NCBI GenBank assembly: GCA_951406725.2
Contig: OX597823.1
Coordinates: 63,922,001 to 63,986,000, forward strand
Length of the DNA: 64,000 nucleotides
From: Octopus vulgaris
Taxonomy: Eukaryota
Reading direction: 5' to 3'
A program made the translations under genes and the position numbers. Shown one piece after another: positions 12,119 to 25,054 of this stretch; the first letter of the stretch is position 1; every line of letters starts with the position of its first letter. Under the pieces are notes generated by a model. That model saw only the letters and a program-made list of their open reading frames with translations, was not told the origin of the DNA and searched no databases.

Positions 12119-13092
12119 GTTAAATAACATTTTAAAACATTAAAAAAATTAATATATTAAAGAGTATATGTTACAGGTTTTGCTTAGTGTTTGTTATAAC
12201 GTAAGGTTCGACCTTCTTACATCAGTATTGTTTCGCAGGAGAAATGTTTCGATTTCTTCGTCAAACCTAACCTACATAGATTTCCCTTTCTGTGCTGCTG
12301 GCTGTAGACTATTTACGGCCGTAAATAAGTGTCTTGTTTCACTTTCAATAAGTGTCTTGTTTCAATCTCAGAGATGTTGACTTCTGCCACAACAGTTTTG
12401 GGGGGCTTTTTACAATGTTGAATTTTCGCTGTCTTTCATTGTGTGTGTATTCATGTATATGCGTGTATTTTCAATGTGTGTGCGTGAGATGTAGTCTTTT
12501 AATGTACGGAGTTCAGTAAGTCTCAGAACAGTCAATAATTTTCCCGGAATTGACAAGTAGCATGATAAAGAACCTCACTTGTCTTCGAGAGCGTAACGAT
12601 CTAAAACCATGGCCATATAATGTAACTAAATGTGTTCTTTTAATTAAATCATTTCATTCGGCTCAACCAATAGGTATAGGGGCTAATGCAGAATTGCACC
12701 TCTTTGAAAAACGAATTTTTGTGAAAAATATTTTTCGGATTCCTACCTTTAACAGAGATTCTGAATATGCAAAAATATTGACAGAATCCAATTTCATCTT
12801 TATTACATTTCACTTATGATTTTTAGACTTTTCTAAGGGAGAATGAGGATGGGAAAGTACTGACGTTTCTAAGAGCAAAGAATAATACAAACAATACACT
12901 TATTTCAGGCTCATCTCTACACAGCCATATTTTAGTCCCTGTTTATTCTAGGTCATACGGGGGTGATTGCATATTCAGAATCTCTTATATGTAAATCGTA
13001 GGAATACGAAAATGTCTTACTGAAAAATTGCTGGTGGGGGTCGCAATGAAATTCATTGCATGCCCAACGCCGGAAGTCACAGAACGCCACTG
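10945..13092 (+). mobile_element. hAT DNA transposon, 5'-truncated (ZMYM1/Tip100-like)
   Basis: Transposase ORF plus a right terminus ...cagaacgccactg (TIR CAGTGGCG on the minus strand), flanked by TA repeats. Confidence 0.85.
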
Positions 13093-13095
13093 ACA

Positions 13096-13147
<52 letters not shown>

Positions 13148-14140
13148 ATATCATGCTAGAGTTAATGTAGCCATTAAAGCACACAAAGAGACTAGACTAT
13201 TGTCTCTATTTCTATTTTATATCATAATATATGTTTTTATATCATACGTTTATGGTATGGCCATAGTTTGGAAAATTGCAGAAAAGCAAGTAATAGTTCT
13301 CATGTATATCTACAAAGAACTTATGATGCCTATTAATACAGCCAATCCTGCTTTTTGCATTGTGGATAATTGCATAATTTGATAGATTGCATAAGTTTTG
13401 AAAACACTAAGCCATTTAGCATAAATTCTATGTAAAATTGGTCATGTACATTAAATGAAAAGAGAAAAGAAACAACAACTTAATTTTACTTAATCACAAA
13501 TGATTTTCTTTTTCTGAGTTTGAGTAAAAAATAAATTGATAAAATACTGCGTATTATGGAATTTTTATTTGATCTAAAAAAAACCGATGAAGTCATTCTG
13601 CAAGTTTCCATTTTCAAAACTGATATCAAGCGAGTAAAATGTAATTAACATCTTCCTACCTTCTCAATCAATTTAAAGACTATCAAAGAAAATTTTTTCA
13701 AGAAATAAATCTTCATCGTAGATACAATTTGTCAAAGAAAGATGATGGGTGGATATAAAGCTGTGAATAGACAGTCAACTTTGTGTTAATTTCATTATCG
13801 TTTACATTAGGTAGTGATAAACCCAACTGAAAATCTTTTTAACTGACAAGATCCTAGTTGAGTAATTCTGAGTAATTCAAAGTGTGTGAAATTAAGTGTG
13901 GGGGTACATGAATCTGGTTATGCTTTGGTAATTGAGAAAAAAAATCTTCCACTGTCATTACACTTTTTATTTAGAATGCATATCTTTCTGTCTTTAGCTT
14001 CATGTACGTCTATCACTTTCTATCTCTGTCTCTCTCTCTCTCTGTTCCACTATTCCAGAAAGTAATGGAATGATGTACCTATGTACACACGCACACACAC
14101 TCATGCATACAAGCATACATCCATACAGACACACAAACAC

Positions 14141-14179
<39 letters not shown>

Positions 14180-14227
14180 AAGTCAAATGCGATACAATAA
14201 AATTAATTATTATCGCTGGTGTTCTAG

Positions 14228-14265
<38 letters not shown>

Positions 14266-14296
14266 CACACACACACACACACACACATATACACAT

Positions 14297-15310
14297 ACAT
14301 AGGATTGGCAATGAGTATAGTGAAGAATTCCAGGTAGAAGTAGAACCTTGGGGTCCACCAAAATTCAGCCCTCAGTCCCCTTTTATTCATCATAGTCCTC
14401 CAGGCAATAACAGAGGAATTCAAGACGGGTTGCCCCTGGGAGCTGCTCTATGTTGATGACCTGGCCTTCATAGCAGAATCACTACCGGAACTAGAAAAGA
14501 AATTTCGTGTGTGGAAGCTAGGTTTTGAATCAAAAGGCCTTAGAGTAAATGTAGCAAAGACCAAAGTTCTAGTAAGTAAGAAGATGAACTCATCACACAC
14601 CCACTCAGGTAGGTGGCCCTGCTTGATCTGTAGAAAAGGTGTTGGTAGAAACTCCAGATGTACCCAGTGTAAGCTATGGATGCATAAGAGGTGCAGCAAC
14701 ATCAAAGGAAACCTAACCAAGCAGATAACTTTCATGTGCAGCAGATGCACAGGGGCAATAGACACCACAGATACTCAGAAAACAGATTCCATCACACTCC
14801 AGGGGGAGAAACTAGAAGTAGTTGATAGTTTCTGCTACCTAGGTGACCAAGTTAGTTGTGGAGGCGGATGCTCAGAGTGTCACTACTAGAATACGAATAA
14901 CCTGGGCAAAGTTTAGAAAGCTTCTATCCCTACTGGTGACAAAGGGTCTCTCGCCCAGAGTGAAAGGTATATTGTACGACGCATGTGTGCGAACTGCCAT
15001 GCTTCACAGTAGTGAAACATGGGCTGTGACTGCAGAGGACATGCGTAGGCTTGAAAGAAATGAAGCTAGCATGATCTGCTGGATGTGTAATGTCAGTGTG
15101 CACACACGACAGAGTGTAAGTGCCCTGAGTGAAATGCTGGACATAAGAAGCATTGGATATGGCATGCAAGAGAGACGTCTGTGCTGGTATGGTCATGTAC
15201 TACAGATGGATGAGGAGAGATGTGTGAAGAAGTGCCACTCCCAAACAGTTGAAGGAATCAGGAGTAGAGCTAGACCCAGGAAGACATGGGATGAGGTGGT
15301 CAAACATACA
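14297..15310 (+). mobile_element. RTE-clade LINE, 5'-truncated and frameshifted (RT C-terminus, Cys-rich insert)
   Basis: PWELLYVDDL (YADD-like), GLRVNVAKTKVL, CLICRKGVGRNSRCTQCKLWMHKRC, FCYLGD, LYDACVRTAMLHSSETWA, RPRKTWDEVV. Confidence 0.93.
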
Positions 15311-15744
15311 TACAAAATACATATACTTATAAAAAAACATGTATGTCTATATACATAGATCAAAAAACATATATACAGTCTCTTACACACACATATATGC
15401 ATCTAGGCAAATCGATGATGAACGACAAATTCAAACGCCAAAAACAACAGAAGTCCAAAGGATGTCCTCAGTAAATATTTTTTTGTTTTATGCTTGAAGA
15501 TAGTTATAAAGGGAAATTTAAGAGTAAAAATATGATGTTTCAGGCATAGCTCTCCATCAGATATGCAGAAGATAGTCTGGAGAAAAGGAGAAAGAAAGGG
15601 AAGTAAAAAATAGGAATGGAGAAGCCAGAAAAATGCAAGTGTGTTGCTACATGATCAAAAGAAATAACTGACCAGAAGTTGTGTGTGTGTGTGTGTGTTT
15701 GTGAGCATGCACGTGTATGTGTGTTTACAAGTGTGCATAGAGTA

Positions 15745-15792
<48 letters not shown>

Positions 15793-15834
15793 TACATACG
15801 CACACACACACACACACATAAATACATACATACA

Positions 15835-15881
<47 letters not shown>

Positions 15882-16242
15882 TATATTAGAGAAAAAAGCA
15901 AAAACCAAAGCAGAACGATCATCTCAAGTCATTTAGAATAATTTAATTAGGGTAAGGTATGAAAGTTTTAGACAGGGAAAATTTACAGTTTACAAGGAAT
16001 AAAGTAGAAGAATAAAAGAGTAAATGTAGTTAGAAGAATTCAGGTGGGAGATTAATGTTCACAACTCATCTTTTTCCAGAGGATGTGGATTTTGGTCATA
16101 CTTCCATGAAGGTACAGGTCCTTAGTTAAAATCCCAGATAAATTCTGGTGGTATTTTGGCAGTATTTTGAATGATGTATTTATATCGAAGAAATAGATAG
16201 TATGTAAATATTTATATAGAGTAAGAATGTAAGATAGATTAA

Positions 16243-16462
16243 CCCTTTAGCATTCAGATTAATCTGTCAAATGTACAGCCTGTTTAATCACATTGTTTTA
16301 AATTAATTGTACAGCATCTTGTAACTCTGAGATTTTGATGATGTCCCTGTTTATTTTTAGAATGACTTTGTAGGGTAGGTGTGAGAGGTCAGAGATGGCT
16401 GGTTTGAGCATATAACAGGAAGACAATTTTGGCCTGGTATGGCCAGTTTAAACACTAAAGGG
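16243..16462. mobile_element. piggyBac-type MITE
   Basis: TTAA|ccctttagcattcaga ... tttaaacactaaaggg|TTAA: TIRs plus TTAA target duplication. Confidence 0.85.
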
Positions 16463-16949
16463 TTAAAATGGGTTTTGTGTGTGGGTGCATATGGGAGAGA
16501 GAGAGGAGAAAGGAATAAAAATAAGATAGGGATAAAAGGGTAAAATAAGAATAAAGATAAAAATATAAGTAAAAGTAATGATAGACATAAGTCAGTATTG
16601 CATCAGGGTGAGAGGTCAAATGTTAAAAAGTTTCAGTAAAGTTTGGGTGGAGAGCCAATCTGGGTAAGGTCACAAAGGACAATAAATTAGTGGTTACTAC
16701 AGATATCTAAAAGTATATTTCAAGCTTAATAGCAATTAAATGATATGAGTTAAAGGATTAAGAATCAAAGTTAAAATTTAAATTAAATCTTTAAATTAAA
16801 AACTAAGAAAACTAAAACCTAAAAACTACAAAAACTAAAAATCATTGAATTGAAACTAACTCGCTTCCAAGATCCTTTTGTTGACAGAAAAGTAGAGGAA
16901 GAGAAAGTGGAAAAAAAAAAAAAACGTACATATATTGTAACGACCATAG

Positions 16950-18330
16950 CTGGATTTAAGCATATGTTATGCGTGTTGATTTTTTTGCATTTGGACCTAC
17001 GGAAGAATTTAAAGGTGCAATAGAACCTGTGACATGTAGAGGAAGCTTTGTGTTGTTTATTCAGTAATTACGGTGAAATATGCGCTAATATTTGGAGGGC
17101 TTCTTTTAGGCATAGACCATTTTTGGATTGCTGGCTTTGGTATGGGACCCTGAAATCTATTATGGCCCAGGATATCCTATATGGTACCTTTCTATTTATT
17201 AGATGGTGTATGTGATTAGCTAGGGAGGTAGATTTGCTAAGCTCCTCATATTTAAATGTGATTATATGTGCAGAAAATCTCTGTTTAAAGTTAATAGTAG
17301 ACCCAATATAGTAGTTAGTAGAATTATGCAATTTGTTGTGTACCATGCATTTGTATACTACATTTAACCTTCTGCAGTGGGCTTGCAATGGACTTTTGGT
17401 CATAGATCAGCAGTTGCAGCTATCTGTCCTACATGGGTTATTAGTGGAAGATGCAGTACTATTTATGGAGAAATTAAAATTACAGGTGGTATTAGGGGAT
17501 TGGCTCATATTATTAATATTATTACTATTATTGTTATTAGTAGCAGTAATGGTATTATTATTATCAATAATAATATGAGTAGTAGTAGTGGTGGTCATAT
17601 TAGTTATTAACATTAGTATTAGTGGTGGTGCTATTAGTATCAACATTCATCTCAGCTGCACTTCAATTTTTGTTGTAAGTGGGGATGTTTGTATTTTGGT
17701 TAATTCTGGTTGTAGTGTTTGGGTTGCAGGTGTGGTGTATGCCATCAATATCAGTATTAGTGTTTGTGTGGCTTTGACCTATGCTATGATTATATGTATT
17801 CAGGTAGGAGGAATTAAGTTTACACCTATTGGAAGAGATAACAATAGATTCTATATTGGGTGGAGCAGAGTAGGATAATTTTTCGGGTAGATCTAATGAA
17901 GATTGAATGATATTTATGGTGACGTGGGAAGTTAGAGTCTAATATTTGAAAGAAGGTTTTGGCTAAGCCTTTAACGTTTAACATATCATGAAAATTGTTC
18001 GAAAACAATTATTCGAAAAGCAATTATTCGAAATATTATTTGTGTACTTGATTTTTAATTTTATCATTTTTGTTTAAATAAAATTAAAAAATTTAGAATT
18101 ATTAACATTTCGTTTAATTGCCCTTTTGAATAATTTTCATTCATACAATTTTCCATTCGAATAGATGTTTTTTAAATAGCTATTTACGAATGATTGTCTT
18201 GAACAATCATTTTTGAACAATGTTCATATAATCACATTTAAAGCAAATGGGGGTGTAAACCAGGGAATTGATCTTCCCATGCTTTTGTTGGGTAATATAG
18301 GGGAAGTATAATCTATAGTGTTTGTTAGAG
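16950..18330 (-). pseudogene. Penelope-like retroelement: RT thumb, Asn/Thr-rich linker, Cys motif and GIY-YIG endonuclease
   Basis: SIPWFTPPFALNV|KGLAKTFFQILDSNFPRHHKYHSIF; CNC..PLQAHC; NVVYKC...YYIGSTINFKQRFSAH...STSLANHIH...LCLKEAL. Confidence 0.88.
17982..18233. mobile_element. MITE with long repetitive TIRs (Mutator-like) interrupting the Penelope ORF
   Basis: Inverted atgaaaattgttcgaaaacaattattcg / cgaatgattgtcttgaacaatcatttttgaacaatgttcat; 8-9-bp TSD acgtttaa/acatttaa; removal restores the reading frame. Confidence 0.75.
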
Positions 18331-18378
18331 GAGAGTTGCATACACACATATATATATATATATGTGTGTGCGTGTATG

Positions 18379-18451
<73 letters not shown>

Positions 18452-18886
18452 ACTATAAACCTAGTAATCAGTTGATTTAGCAAGCAGGACCTCATCACAG
18501 TGATGGGGTGACCTGGTATGCAATAATTCTGTCAAGTGGAAGGTCTTGAAATGCCATGCATCCTCTCCTGGTGACCTTACAAGTTTGCTAGCTTATGGTA
18601 TCCAGAGCTTTCAACTGGTAGCACTTGCATTTGCAAGTTGTTTGCAAAATATATGAGCATGTGTGGCTGTGCGGTAAGAAGGTTCCTTCCCAAACACATG
18701 GTTCTGGGTTCAGTCCCACAGCATGGCACCTTGGGCAAGTGTCTTCCATTATAGCCTTAGATTGATCAGAGCCTTGTGAGTGGATTTGGTACATAGAAAC
18801 TGAAAGAAGCCCATCATATATATATATATATGTGTATATACATATATATATAAAGCAAATAAGTAACAAGGATGTCCAGGTATTAG

Positions 18887-18972
18887 TGCATTACGGCCGT
18901 TTCAAGCAGCTTGATTTAATCATTCAATACAAGCAATACATCTATTTGAAAAACTCGCTTTCCTCAGATGCA
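18887..18972 (-). ncRNA. Type I hammerhead ribozyme with enlarged loop II
   Basis: tgcat CTGAGGA aagc [~50 nt] gctt GAAA cggccg TA atgca: intact core, paired stems I and II, palindromic stem III, GUA site. Confidence 0.8.
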
Positions 18973-19969
18973 TAAGACCATATAGGTTTTCAACATACAG
19001 GATATTCCATTATAATTGCTTAGCAAAATTTTTTTTATCAAAACTAGAGAATAAAAGAATTACATGCTTATTGCTGTTATTGAAGCAGAATGAATTTAGG
19101 GAGAAAATACCCAAAGCCTGCTATAATTTGGAGTGGCAGAAGAGAATAACAATGGGGATCAAGAAATAGTAATATAGCTATATTCTTTCTCCTTAGCACA
19201 ATCAAAAGACCCAACTGCTGCAAGTATTCTATATCCACTTAGAATTAAAACCACTGGGAATTGACAATTAAGTTCTTACAACTGGTGATAAATTAATTAA
19301 TGTCAGATACTCTTCCCTACCCCTATTTTACTGTGACTATAAATTCATCATGACTACATAAAAGGACATGCCCCAGAAGATGCCAGCAAGAAAATGGTAT
19401 ATATCCAGAAAGAGGAAGGGCAAGGGTGACTTAAACTATATTATCATAATGTATTAAAAGGGGCCTAAAATAAAAACAAAGGTGGTTACAATGAGATCCA
19501 AGTGGGCATTAAGGGTACAGGGGGAATATTGTATATCCAAATTTAGCAAAATTTATATATTATTATATTTTGTGTATTAAATGATAAAATTTAAAAAGGG
19601 ATTTAAGGACCAAGTAAGAGAAGGATAGATAAACCAATCTAAGCCCTAAAGAATGGGGTACTCTTGTATAAAATAGAAACCTCATAATGCTTCCTCCTTG
19701 CATGTTGTTAAGGTAGTCACGATAAAACTATTCAACAATGGCCCCATAATTAAATTCAAATTTCATTCGAGAAGGAGTACACATTTGCTATTGACTGAAT
19801 ACCAAAGATTAAGGGCAAAAGACAAAATAATCAATTCTATAATACCTATGATACTGGACTGACTTGGTGCCTCAACTTAAATACCTAATTCAACTAAATC
19901 TTAATTATTTCCTATACGCATACTTATATATATAAAATCAAAATAAGCAACAAGGATATTCAGAGGTAA

Positions 19970-20056
19970 TGCAGTACGATCGTTTCATGCGACTCCATTT
20001 AATTGAACAATGCAATCATTACATCAATTTAAAATGTAGAGCAATCTTCAGCTGCA
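19970..20056 (-). ncRNA. Type I hammerhead ribozyme with enlarged stem II
   Basis: tgcag CTGAAGA ttgctctac...atggagtcgcat GAAA cgatcg TA ctgca. Confidence 0.75.
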
Positions 20057-20212
20057 CAAAAACATAGAATTTAATTAAATTTGAAGGACACAGTAGTATA
20101 ATTTTATCCTGTTGGTAAAACATGTTCTTTGTCTATCTCCTTATCCTCTTGGAGATTTTGGATAAAATTATACTAATGTGTCCTTCAAATTTAATTAAAT
20201 TCTATGTCTTTG

Positions 20213-20299
20213 TGCAGTTGAAGATTGCTCTACATTTTAAATTGATGTAATGATTGCATTGTTCAATTAAGTGGAGTCGCATGAAACGATCGTACTGCA
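20213..20299 (+). ncRNA. Hammerhead copy in the right arm, core C3-to-U variant (TTGAAGA)
   Basis: tgcag TTGAAGA ttgctctac...gtggagtcgcat GAAA cgatcg TA ctgca. Confidence 0.6.
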
Positions 20300-20415
20300 T
20301 TACCTCTGGATATCCTTGTTGCTTATTTTGATTATAATCACCTTCTTTTTAAATTGTATGGATATATCATACTAAATTCTGGTGCCTCAACTTAAGTACC
20401 ATATTCATCTGAATC

Positions 20416-20478
<63 letters not shown>

Positions 20479-21829
20479 TTGTGCTTGTGTTTGTTCCTCC
20501 ATCATCGCTTGACAACTGGTGTTGGTGTGTTTCCATATTGGCAAAAGAGATTGATAGAATGAGTACTAGGCTTAAAAAATAAGTCCTGGTGTCGATTTGT
20601 TTGTCTAAAACCCTTCAAGGCAGTGCACCATCATGGCCACAGTCAAGTGACTGAAACAAGTAAAAGAATATATATGTACCACACACACACACACACTCAT
20701 ACTCACACATATAAACAACATATATATAAGTTTTTTTTTATGTGTGTGAGTGTGCATGTGTTTGTTTGTGTATGTGTGTGTGTGTGTGTATATAAGGGTT
20801 GTGTGTCACATGTTGGTATATTGAAATCTTTGGTGGGATGGTAGTATATGTATGTATGTGCGTCTTGATGTGTTAGTAAGTGTATGTGCGTTTGCCTGTT
20901 CATATATATATAAGTATATATGTACAGGTGTGTGTCTGTGTGTGCATGTGCATGCATGTGTCTCTGTGTATCATTTGCTCACTTTTATCTAAAGAAAAAA
21001 ATATTGATATATGGAGACAGAAATTTGTAATTTTCTGAAGTAATCTCATGTCTTTAGGGAAGGTCATAACATTTGTCACCTGTACATGTTTCCTCAGTGA
21101 TTTTCCAGACACACACCATTACCTTTCTTAGGTGTATTAGTAACACAAGGTTAGCAGTAATCTGTCTGGAAATTGCAATGTCTAAAACCAAAACCAATTT
21201 TTCTAAGATAAAACATATCTTAGCTCTTATCTTTTACTTGTATCAATCATGAGACTATGTTTTCTACTAAACCCTGAGCTGACCGAAAAACTTTGAAGTT
21301 GATTTGGCAGACAGAAAACTTCTTCCTCTACTTCCACCTATCTATTCTTGCTCCAAATTCTTATGAAAGCATCCACTCTATCATCCCCTCCCATGATCCA
21401 CTGTCCACAGCTTTTCTTATATACACCTTTTTGTTCTTTGAGAGTTTGTTCCAGCAGCCCATCATTACTTTCTATTATCTTCTCCATTGCAAGACACCTG
21501 TGATTGTCCTTCTAGCATACTTTAGCCTTTCAACATCTGACATACAGCCACACATCTCCACACTCTCCTCCTAAATACTTCTTAATAGTGCCAGCTTTTT
21601 CCTCACATTTCCTCCTTTTTTGTTCTGTTCTGTCTTGCAAATTACATGGCAATCTTACTGGTGCCGGTGGCTTTAAAAAAAAACACTCAGTACACTCTGT
21701 AAAATGGTTGGTATTAAGGAGAGCATCAGCTGTAGACACCATGCCAAAGATGACACTGGGGGCATTAACAGAGCCCTGCACATCAGAGATTCCCTGTCAA
21801 GCCATCCTACCCATGCCAGCATGGAAAGT

Positions 21830-22650
21830 GGATGTGTGGTAAGAAGTTTGCTTCCCAACCACATGGTTCTGGGTTCAGTCCCACAGTTTGGCACCTCGGG
21901 CAGGTGTCTTCTGCAATGACTTCAGACCAACCAAAGACATGTGAGTGGATTTGGTAGATGGAAACTGAAAGAAGCTCATCATATATATATGTCTGTATGT
22001 GTCCTTGTGTTTGTGTTTGTCCCTCAGCACCAGAATGGTCACAGTCTAAAGACTGAAACAAGTGAAAGATAAAAGATATATATATACATATATATATATT
22101 AGTAGTGAGAATAAGTGCTCACCACTGCGTTGGTGGATAAGTATTCTTTATTTAAGTTGAAAAGGCATGCTTGAACAATTGCGAAGAGCTCTTCACATGA
22201 AACCATTGGTTGCCTTGTTAACCCACAAAGGTTGCTCTCTTAGCCCACAAATGAAAAACAACTATAAATAGGAGTGTGGTAAGAAGTGTGCTTCCCAACC
22301 ACCTGGTTCTGGGTTCAGTCCTACTGCATGGCACCTTGGGCAAGTGTCTTCTACTATAGCCTTGGGCTAACCAAACCCTTGTGAGTGGATTTGGTTGATG
22401 GAAACTGAAAGAAGCCCTTGATATATATGTGTGTGTGTGTGTGTTTTTTCCCCCACCATTGCTTGAGAACCGATGTTGGTGGGTTTATGTCATCATAACT
22501 TAGTGGTTTGGCAAAAGACACTGATAGAATAAGTACTAGGCTTACAAAGAATAAGTCCTGGGGTTGATGTTCGACTAAAGGCAATGCTCCAGCATGGTTG
22601 AGGTCAGATAACTGAAACAAAAGCATAAAAGAAAGAATAAAGAATAAATA
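21830..22650 (+). mobile_element. Two SINE family A copies
   Basis: tgtggtaagaag...ggttcagtcc...ccttgggcaagtg heads at ~21835 and ~22275. Confidence 0.85.
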
Positions 22651-24249
22651 CATACACACACACACACAAATATGTATGTGTATTTATATATATATGTGTA
22701 TATATATATGATTATATATATACATACACACACACATGCATACTAATATATATCTGTATATAAAGCAGAGCTTATGTATGTGTGTGTGTGTGTGTGTGTG
22801 TGCGCATGTTCCTTATGCATTTGAAAAATTAGTTTCCGATTGTGATGTATTGGGTATCAAAAGATTCAATAATCTTTTGGCTACCAAATAAACTTTATTT
22901 TCATTTATATATTTGTATTACAAAAATTTACCATTATAATCTTTCTTTCAGTCAACTATCATAAATGACATTTTATACCACGATGATGACATCACATTTT
23001 CTATATGAGTATGTATGTGTGTGTCAATGTGTGTGTTAATGTGTGTGTCAGTGTGTGTGTTTGTGCGTTCGTTATGTACATTAAGCTGATGACTGAGAAG
23101 TATATGTGTGTAAGTGTATGTGACGGTGTATGTGTCTGTCAGTATACATACATTTTTGAGACGACTGATACACACACATCTAAAGACAGAGACAGACACA
23201 CAAAGGTATAGAGATAGGCCTGAGGTGTGTGTGAATATATGTCAGTGTGTCTGTCTTACTATATGTATGTGACTGAACTGCCCAACAGTGAAATGCGCCG
23301 ATTTTGAAAGACTAGTTTAGTTGTGACTTGGATATTGAATGAACATCAGCATTCACTTTGAAGTACCACTGTTTTCATTTTCCTTTCCATCATGGAAAGT
23401 TGTGGTTTAAACAGCATTAACGATTATCACTACTTATGTGCTGAAATATTATTCTGGCTTTTAGAACCAGCCTGAAGATTTGGCAGATTTGACAGCACTC
23501 ACAACTCTCACAAATGTATCTGGAAAAATTTTATTCTGGTTATTATAACAAATTTGGAAACTTTGCAAAGTAGAAAACCTTAGTGGCTCTCTCAATATAA
23601 TTACAGAAATGTTATCCCAGGCCCTATAACAAGTTTGAAGACAACACTTTTTTAACAGTGCTAGCATCCATATCATATTCCTGCTATACTGCTTTATCAG
23701 TGTGAGTATTCAATGCTCTGCAAACTTTTTACTGCATTAGTCAATATTTATTCTACAGCCTATAATCTTACACAGTTAAAATATATAGTAAATGATGTCA
23801 AATTAATTTTTGTCTTGCTACACACATCCTTCAGCAAATGTTTTAAATTAATTAATGTTTACAACAGCAACATGTTCCTTCGTACACACTTTGTTCAGCG
23901 TTCATTAAAAAAATGTAAAATAATAAATTATTTTTGTATGAAAATTTGAATTATGCTTTCTGAATTTTCTTGGAGCTTGACTTTCTTCACTCTGACATTC
24001 AATCCTGAATTTTATAACATTTAGTACATGTTCTAAATAAATGTTGACTTGCTGTACTTTGTTACATTGGTGATGTATTGTAATTTCTGCTAAATTGGTG
24101 ACTTCTTTAAATGTTGAAGTGAATCTAACAATTTTTTTGTATTTCTTAAATGGCTTATAAGCACCTTCCATGCTGCAATTGCTTTCATTCCAGCACATGA
24201 TCTCAGATCAGGTCACTTGCTATGCAAGTACATCTCCGTAATATATATA

Positions 24250-24786
24250 TATAAATTAGAAAAAAAACACCTTTTATCAATTCAAAATGAATAATTAAAT
24301 TACACCATCTAGAAAATTACATATAATAGAAATATTAAAAATAAAATAACAATAATATACCGCTGATTAAGTAAATTGCAAAATAATAATAAAAACGTAT
24401 ATATTTGGTACCAAATATATATGTTTTTATTATTATTTTTATTTTTATTTTTATTATTAATTTGCAATTTACTTAATCATCAGTATATTATTGTTATTCT
24501 ATTTTTAATATTTCTATTATATGTGCCGCCTCGACCGTGGCCAATCCGACCGTGGCCAATCTGACCGTGCACCAATCCGACCATGGCTATTGCCAGCCTC
24601 GCCTGGCACCTGTGCGGGTGGCACGTAATAAGCACCCACTACACTCACGGAGTGGTTGGCGTTAGGAAGGGCATCCAGCTGTAGAAACATTGCCAGAAAA
24701 GACTGGAGCCTGGTGCAGCCTTCTGGCTTCCCAGATCCCCGGTCGAACCGTCCAACCCATGCTAGCATGGAAAACGGACGTTAAAC

Positions 24787-24817
<31 letters not shown>

Positions 24818-24890
24818 TAATTTTCTAGATGGTGTAATTTAATTGTTCATTTTGAATTGATAAAAGGTGTTTTTTACTAATTTTTATATA
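24250..24890. repeat. AT-rich palindrome centred on GGTACC (24407-24412), right arm interrupted by a retroposon
   Basis: aaaacaccttttatcaattcaaaatgaa..aattaaattacaccatctagaaaattacat mirrored at 24815-24880. Confidence 0.9.
24525..24817 (+). mobile_element. RTE 3' UTR-derived retroposon with (ATG)n tail
   Basis: gagtggttggcgttaggaagggcatccagctgtag...ccaacccatgctagcatggaaaacggacgttaaacg(atg)n; same sequence follows the RTE ORF at 42.9 kb. Confidence 0.85.
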
Positions 24891-24972
24891 TATATCAAAT
24901 TTTGTGAAATTTGATTTAGTATTTCTAAACTGAATTTTTCCCTGTAAGTTAGGAACAATATACCCTCAAATA

Positions 24973-25054
<82 letters not shown>

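Larger units (their letters stand above)
19937..20333. repeat. Inverted repeat (~173-bp arms, ~50-bp spacer) carrying a hammerhead in each arm
   Basis: Arms 19937-20109 and 20160-20333 are near-perfect reverse complements. Confidence 0.95.

Noticed and set aside
13556-13760. Short protein-like frames
   Set aside because: Under 40 codons, with no splice signals or recognised homology
22753-24240. Possible Helitron-like element or decayed ORF on the minus strand
   Set aside because: Helitron-like 5' start, but no recognisable 3' CTAG hairpin or protein motif
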